Assembly (NCBI GenBank): GCA_004431415.1
Contig: QPMI01000056.1
Span: 186,001-250,000 of the forward strand
Length of the DNA: 64,000 nucleotides
From: Cyanophora paradoxa CCMP329
Lineage: Eukaryota; Plantae; Glaucophyta
Direction of reading: 5' to 3'
Positions 57,481 to 64,000 of this stretch are shown here, piece by piece. Made by a program: the position numbers and the translations under genes. Every line of letters starts with the position of its first letter. Position 1 is the stretch's first letter. The notes under the pieces are model-generated. The model did not search any database and was not told the DNA's origin. It was given only the letters and a program-made list of their open reading frames with translations.

Positions 57481-59501
57481 CTACAAGCTGTCGTTATTGA
57501 CTGAAATAGAGAGTCGGTGTTTCTTATAGTCAGACTTGAACCAACCTCGAAGAATGGCGAGTGCTCGATTCGAGAGCGCACCGGGGACATGAAGACTCAA
57601 TCGCATGCAAGGAGCGCTAGCCGACAAGTTGCGCAACTCACTAAAAGCGCGCAGCTTGTCGAGGCTGTCATTGTCTGCGAAAGAGTGACGCAAAACCACA
57701 CATATTGCGTTCGGACTAGCTAGCGCTGAAGAAGCCTGCGTAAAAGCCTGCGAGAGAGATCAGGTTTTATAAAGAGTTCAGTTTCTATTGGCTTATGGAC
57801 TTCTTCTTCTTCTTGTGTGACCAACTGACCTGCATGACTTCCGTAGCAGGGGGTACGCCAATGATGAGAAGCACAGACAGTTTTGGCCAGGAGGCGCGTA
57901 TTAGGGACGCAAGACTGCCGGGGTCCATCGGGGGTTCTGCTGGGGAGGTCCCGTCCACCTTCAAGGAGAAGTCGGTGAGTTGCGGGGCGGCTGCCAGCCC
58001 CTTAGATGCGGTCGCCGCAGCCTGTAACAGGCCCGCGCCCCCTTGGGGAGCGTCTCGTACCTGCGCTGCGCATGGGTCCAGGGCGAAAGAGAAGAGGGCA
58101 ATTGGATGTGGGGCGCACGTTCAAATGAAGCTCGAGAGAGCGCAGCTTCTGGAGGGCGCCGAGGCCCGTGAGGGCGTCGCCGGAGCTGTGGTCGACCTGG
58201 CGGCCGGGGGGATCGAGACAGATCAGATCAGACAGATCAGATCAGATCTGATCTGATCTGAGGGGGGAAGGCGAACCGAGATCCAGAGCTCCTCGAGGTT
58301 GCGGAGGCGGAGAATTGATGAAAGCAGACGGGAGCTGGCGCGGAACGGCATAGGAATGCGCAGCTTCCGGACGCAGTCGGCGTCGAGCGCCTCGAGCGCC
58401 CCCTCGAGGTCGACATTCGAGTCGAAGCTGACCCGCAGGTCCTCCAGGGGAAGCGCGGCCAAGTTCCGAAGTGCGCGCCCGTCCTTCAGCCAGCACGATA
58501 GCTCCCGCAGGCGGGGCCAGACCTCCACCAGCTTCGCCTGCAGAAGCAATAACTACAATCAGAGAATGGCGATAGAAACGTTAACCGTCTGCTCAGAACG
58601 AACCGTCTGCTCGAAGTTGATGGCACGCCGCGGAAGTCGAAGCTCGCGAAGGCGTGGGTGGCAGCCCGGGACTGCAGCAGCGATGAAAGCTGAGGTGAGC
58701 TCCTCGTCGTCCAGTTGCAGCGATCGAACAGGGGCGGGGTGCAGCGCTGTCAGGAAATCCAGTGCCACGTCCTCCAACGACAGTGTTGCAGTGATGCCAA
58801 GCTGGCGCTGCGTCGCTGTTGCCGGCCAGTTTTTCCAGCTGCCTGAGAGATGGACGCTTTCCAGCGGTACAGGGGCCGAAGCCAGGGCCGCCAGCATCTC
58901 TGCGCATGCGCATGCCGCAAACGTTGACGTTAGAGCGGACTGCGAATGCGGCTGCGAAAAGATTGTGCTTCAGACCTGTAAGCGAATAGGCGCCATCGAG
59001 GCACGCCTGCACGTCCTCCCTCGTGTGCGTTCGTGTCGACGTCGACGCCGGGCCGCGCGGACCGCGGCCGACGACGAGCTGCCGGCAGCCCACCAGCGCC
59101 CCGCTTCTGATGCGAGATGTGACTCGGGCGCAACGTTTCCGCGTTCCGATATCGATATCATGCCTCTCACAGGGCTCGACATCGACCCGCAGCTGCTGCC
59201 AATGCACGCCTCGCAGAAGCCGGCTGAACCGCCGATCCAGCGACCACAGCTGACAGATCTCGTACGCCTCCGTCGCCTCCAGCTCGCTGAAGATGCGCTG
59301 CACGAGCTCGTCGGGCAGCCGCTCGAAATGATTGACCGCAGTCGCCTCTCCCGCGCCACTCCCGCTCCCGCCCGACTCCGCCGCGCCAGCTGACGAAGCC
59401 CCCGCTTCGACCGACGAATTCGAAGGGCCTGCTGTGCTAGACGAGCTCGCCCGGGACGACGGCCCCTCCGTGCGCGCGCGCTTCGCTCTTCGCTTCGCCA
59501 T
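57481..59501 (-). CDS. F-box + LRR-like protein (copy D)
   Basis: MAKRRAKRART, NHFERLPDELVQRIFSEL, LAALPLEDLRV, LRNLEELWI, terminal LRAFSEL...LRGWF. Confidence 0.75.
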
Positions 59502-59806
59502 TTGCAGCGATCCGGATCCGATGATCCGATGATATCGATCAAGCTCCGAGCTCACCGCTGCGTCTAGATCTGCTGCACTCTGTGATCCGCTCGAGCAATG
59601 ATCCGCTCGTACCCCGATCGCTCGTACACGGTACCCCTCGCTAGTTGATAATATAATATATATAGGATTAAAGGCAGGCTGCAGCGAGCGAAATGCACGT
59701 CATGGCAATCACGAATAACAATAACAGGAGTCCAGGACTACGCTCCTACTAGCCTACCTACCGCTTGCAAAGTAAACTCGGAGGCCGGCCCCCCGGGCCC
59801 GGCCCG

Positions 59807-62527
59807 CTACGCCCGCGGGGCGGCGCCGGCGCCGGCGCGGCCCCCGCCGTACAGGACCGACCCGAATCCCTGCGCGAGGTGCGTCCCATTCAGGTACACC
59901 TGAGGCGAACGAAGTCAGCTGAGTTGCGTTCAGATGCGAGGAGCGGGGGAGCGCACCGGGATCCCTCGGACAACGGTCGCCACCACGCGGCCCTAGGGGG
60001 TACGCGGTCAGGACGGAATGCGAGACGGGGCCGGGAAAGGGGGGTAAACCTCCAGGGCGTTGCCGAAGTAGGGCGTGACGCCGTGCCTGTGGAAGAGGCG
60101 CGCCCCAGGGCCCCCCACGTAGAAGGCCTGGGGGGTACGGGGGTCAAGAGGGTCCGGCGGGGGTACGGGATTCGCAAAACAAGGGCGCACGTCCTCTGGA
60201 TTCCAGATGACGATATCGGCGTCGTACCCCGGCGCCAGGAGCCCCTTCCGGCCCGCCAGGCCCACAATCTGCGGGCCGGCTCAGGCCGGGTGCGGAAAGC
60301 GCGCGGCCGGGATCCGAACCCGCGCGGGCGCGGTGCTCATCCAGTCCGCGAGGTCCTTGATCGTGACCTGCGGGGGTACGGCGCTCGGCCCCGGGGGACC
60401 CGGGCGGCAAGAGGGGTACGCGTGCCTTGCGGTGCCGGCCCTCCGTCCACATGATGGAGAGGCCAAGCTGCGAACGGGCGGAAGCAATCGGCGGGGGATA
60501 CGCTGCAGTCGGAGGTGGGGGGTACCTGAAGCGACGAGATGCCCCCCCACGCCTTCTCGAAGTCCCCCTCCTATATCCCCCGATCAGAAGGCGTCGTTGC
60601 GGTCGGCGCGGGGAGGGGGAATTTGGGGGTACGTACAGTGAGGAGCTTGAGCTGCGGGGGGCACGGGGAGTGGTCCGAGACCACCGCGTCGAGCGTGCCC
60701 TCCTGCGCGGCCGTCAGCGGCGGGGGGGGTATAGCGTTCGGGGCTGCGGGGGTACCAGCAGCGACGCCCACAGGAGCTCGCGGTTGGCGGCGGCGCGGAT
60801 CGGCGGGGCGCACTTGAACGCCGTCTGGGGGGTACGGAGTTGGGCTAGGGGGAGGAAGGCGGACCGCAGAGGGGGTACCTGGCCGTCCTGGATCATCTCG
60901 GAGTCGAAGACGACTGCGGCGAAAGTGAGGGGTCGGGGGCCGCGGCGAGGCGGGGCGCGGCGGGGCCGAGGGCCGGACGAACGGTAGTGTGGGCACGTCT
61001 CAGCCGTAACGGACAGCCCCGCCTGCCGCGCCCTCTGCGGGATCCGAGCCTCGCAAACGCGCCCGGAAGCGGATCGAGCACGGAGGAAAGGAATCGCCGT
61101 ACCCTGACGGCGTCCAGTACCCCCGCGTAGGAGACGTGCGCGATGTGTACCCGGGGCACCGCGTGGCCGGCCTGCTCAAGCCTCAGAGAAGAGAGGAAGG
61201 GGACGGGGCGGGGGGTACGGGCCTCGGCGGCGGAGGCGTTGGCGGCGCGGACGAGGCGGATGATGAGGTCCACCGCGTCAGATTCCATCTGCGCGCGGCA
61301 GAGTGAGCGGGGCGCGGGGCAGGGTGAAGGAGAGCGAAGCGACGAGAGAGGCGCACCTGCTCCGGCCGCGACGCGACGTACTCCTTGTAGCTGTACCCGG
61401 CGGTTCAGGGTACACCTGGATGTAGGGCGTGGGGGTACGCGGACCTGCGGGGGTCGCTGAACTTGTACGGCTCCGAGCCGGGCCGCTTCAGCTCCGCGTG
61501 CACAACGAGGGGTACGTTCCTCCTCGCCAGCGCCGGGAGCGCCGCCTGTGCGGCAAGCTGTGAGGAGTACGGGGGAGGTCGGGGGAGGGGGCGGGCGGGG
61601 ACGGGGGTACCGCGAGGTCGGCCTCCGTGGCCTCAGGGAAGTCGTCCATGCCGGAGTGGACCATGAAGGCCTGCGAACGAAGCTCGGGGGGTACGGCGGG
61701 CCGCGGGGGGGAGGGGTACGGCGCGCCTTGATCGCGATGGCGCCGGCGTCGATGAGGGCGTCCATCTCGGCGGCGTTCCCGCTCGTGAGGCCTCCGAAGA
61801 AGCCTGGCGAGGAGTCAGCCGCCAGCGGAGTGTCCGCGGCGCATCGGGGCGCGCCGACGTCGACCCAGATCTTGCCGGCCGCCGCCGCGATCTTCTCGCG
61901 CAGCACGCTCGCGTTCGTGGCCGCCGGGTGGCTGTTGATCGGCATCTCCACGATCGTCGTCACGCCGCCTGCGGCGTGCGCGGATGACTGCGCGGCGCGC
62001 GGCCGCGCCCGTGCCCGCACGCACCGGCAGCGGCCGCCTTGGTCCCAGTCTCGTAGCCCTCCCAGTGCGTGCGCCCGGGCTCGTTCAGGTGCACGTGGCT
62101 GCGCGGCGTGAGCGAGCGCGGGGGCGCCGCAGCTTCCGGGCGGGCGGCGGCGCGCATGTCAACGAGGCCGGGGCCGATGACGAGGTCATCGAAGTCGCGC
62201 ATGAGGCAGTGCTTCCAAGGCGCCAGCTCCTCGCGCTTCACCACCGCCCGGATCGTCCCGTTCGAGACCACGACTGCAGCGCGCAATCGGCCCGCCGCGG
62301 GGCGCAGCGGCGGCGCGCGCGGCGCACCCGCGGCATCCTCGACGCCTCCAGGGGTCACCACGCGCGTGCTGATGTACACCACGCACGTCTGCTTGGGCGG
62401 GCCGACCTGCGGGGGCGTCAGTCGCCGCGAATCAGGCTGGCGACGCCGGGCGGCTGAACCGGCGCACCCGAAAGAGCGCCGCGATAGATAAAGCGACGAG
62501 GAGCGCGAGGAGCGCGCCCTTGTTCAT
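59807..62527 (-). CDS. ALN: Allantoinase (amidohydrolase superfamily) with N-terminal signal/anchor, about 20 exons
   Basis: MNKGALLALLVALSIAALF; PGLVD|HVHLNEPGRTHWEG; GGVTTIVEMPINS; VHAE; VHIAHVS; TAETCPHY; FKCAPPIR; VSDHSPCP; AWGGISSLQ; GYDADIVIWNPE; TAG at 59807-59809. Confidence 0.92.
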
Positions 62528-62822
62528 CGCCGCGGGCGCGGTCGGCGCGAGGGCGCCGCTTGGGGGGTACAGGCGCGGGTCGGTCGAAGGAGCGACAAGC
62601 GACCGGCGCAGGCCCAGCGATGCTTCTCTCCGCGGCGGCTCTTCGGCCGCCGCGCCATGTTTCGAGGGTCGCGCTCTCGCGGGTCCTCGGCGGCGCAAGG
62701 ACCGTCGTCTCCGGCATTTACAAGGACAGCGAGAGGTGCGGACGCCCCTAGCGGTCCACAGAACCCCGCAGAAGCGCTGTCGGCGGCCGGCGCGCCCCGC
62801 CACGTGACCCGCGCCGTTCTGG

Positions 62823-64000
62823 ATGGCCCGTCGGTCGGATGTCATTACGGCAGCGGCTGACCGCCGGGCCCTCGAACAGGTCCAAGAGGTTCACGGAATG
62901 GCAGATCCGCGAGGTGAGACGCCCCGCACGGGCCCCCGCCGCCCCGGTGTTCCGCACGCGGCCGCTGAATGTTCTGACCCGCCGCAGGTCGCCCGCGCGT
63001 ACAAGCCCCCGAGCAAGAACACGGTGAGCCGCATTAGCCGCGCACCGCCGGCGTTCGCCGCCGCCTCCGCCGCGGAATCCAATTGTCCGCCCGCCCGCCC
63101 GCCCGCCGGCAGGTCGACCTCGGCGATCCGGAGTGGGAGTACAGCGAGTTCGTGGGCGCTGCGGCGCAGAACGCGCTCGTTCTCTCCGCGTACGCCCGCC
63201 TGGTGAGCTCCCCGCCGACCCGGCCCGGCCCCGCCCGCTCCGCCCGCTCCGCCCGCCCCGCCCGCTCCACCCGCCGCTGAGCCCAGCACTCCCTCCCGCC
63301 CGCAGCACAACAAGGAGCGGTTCCCGTCGAGCTTCAGCGTCTTCCTCTCCGGCCCGCCGGGCTCCGAGCTCCTACAGGAGAGCCTCTGCGCAGGCACGGC
63401 CGCCCGCCTGGTCCGTTCGCTGCGCCGGCGCCGGCGCCCGCCCGCCCGCCCGCCCGCCCCGCACTGCCTAAACGACGTACCCAGGGCGCGGGATTCCTCC
63501 CCCTCGACCTGCGGTCCCTGCTGCACACGCCGCCCTCGGACTCGGGCGAGTCGGTCTCGACCGTCGAAGGCTCCGAGCTGCTCCAGCAGCTCATCTCCAG
63601 CGGGAAGCGGTGCGCCAAGCTAATCTAACCTAATCTTATCTTAAGCTTAAGCCTTCTGATCTCTGAGCTCCAAGCTATCTCATCTTCAAGCTTCAAACTG
63701 TCTAATTTTTAGGCTCGAAGCTAAGCTTGGCCCGTCTTTTGAGCCTCTCCGACTCCTCTCTTTGCAGGGGCGGCGGCGGCGGCGGCGGCGGCGGCGGAGA
63801 GGACCGCTCCGCCCTCGCCCAGGCCAACATGTCCCTGTTTCAGGTACCCCCCCGCTCCATCCCCCTCCCCTTCCCCGTACCCCCCGGCCGAGCCCTTTGT
63901 TCGCAGCTGTGCGGGCACGCGAAGGGGAACATCGAAGCGGGGAGCAGGTCCGTTAGGCTCCACCCCCCCCCCCCTTTCTAAGACGTAGTACCCCCCTCGC
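62823..64000 (+). CDS. 5' part of a multi-exon gene of unknown function, divergent from allantoinase; runs off the right edge
   Basis: Short exons bounded by splice sites: MARRSDVITAAADRRALEQVQEVHGMADPR, VDLGDPEWEYSEFVG, HNKERFPSSFSVFLSGPPGSELLQ, LCGHAKGNIEAG. Confidence 0.55.

Noticed and set aside
58219-58261. (GATCA/GATCT)n microsatellite apparently truncating F-box copy D
   Set aside because: It lies between a plausible donor (~58277) and acceptor (~58198), so it is intronic.
1-64000. tRNA, rRNA or prokaryotic operon features
   Set aside because: None recognisable; all identified host genes are interrupted by spliceosomal-type introns.

Overview
This is eukaryotic, GC-rich, very intron-dense DNA. 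Introns are mostly 50-150 bp and many have GC donors. The gene content (signal-anchored allantoinase, ELF4-like gene, At4g04180-type AAA ATPase) points to an archaeplastid alga such as a glaucophyte, but that assignment is inference. Almost all long ORFs in the track are GC-driven shadows; the real genes were rebuilt by hand across introns. Left to right: (1) an AAA-ATPase fragment plus an unknown gene (1-4.6 kb, minus), which recur as a diverged inverted copy at about 42.4-46.7 kb; (2) a four-exon ELF4-like gene; (3) an SGNH-like gene head-to-head (62 bp between ATGs) with an about 12 kb DHX34 helicase gene; (4) two divergent F-box genes, one split by an 11.3 kb split-direct-repeat tyrosine-recombinase retrotransposon (22456-33738) whose removal restores the host frame; (5) a 6.4 kb non-LTR retroelement with a 20 bp TSD and poly(A) that lacks EN/RT but carries a Ulp1-like protease domain; (6) a 161 bp MITE whose empty site is visible in the paralog; (7) a triplicated [allantoinase + F-box/LRR] unit in which allantoinase decays while the F-box genes diversify, one carrying stacked duplicate terminal exons; (8) the 5' end of an unknown gene. 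Across the window, GTAC/CTAG words concentrate in distal gene bodies and in the transposon's B repeats. Many frameshifts fall in G/C homopolymers and may be assembly errors. Exon coordinates are manual and approximate.
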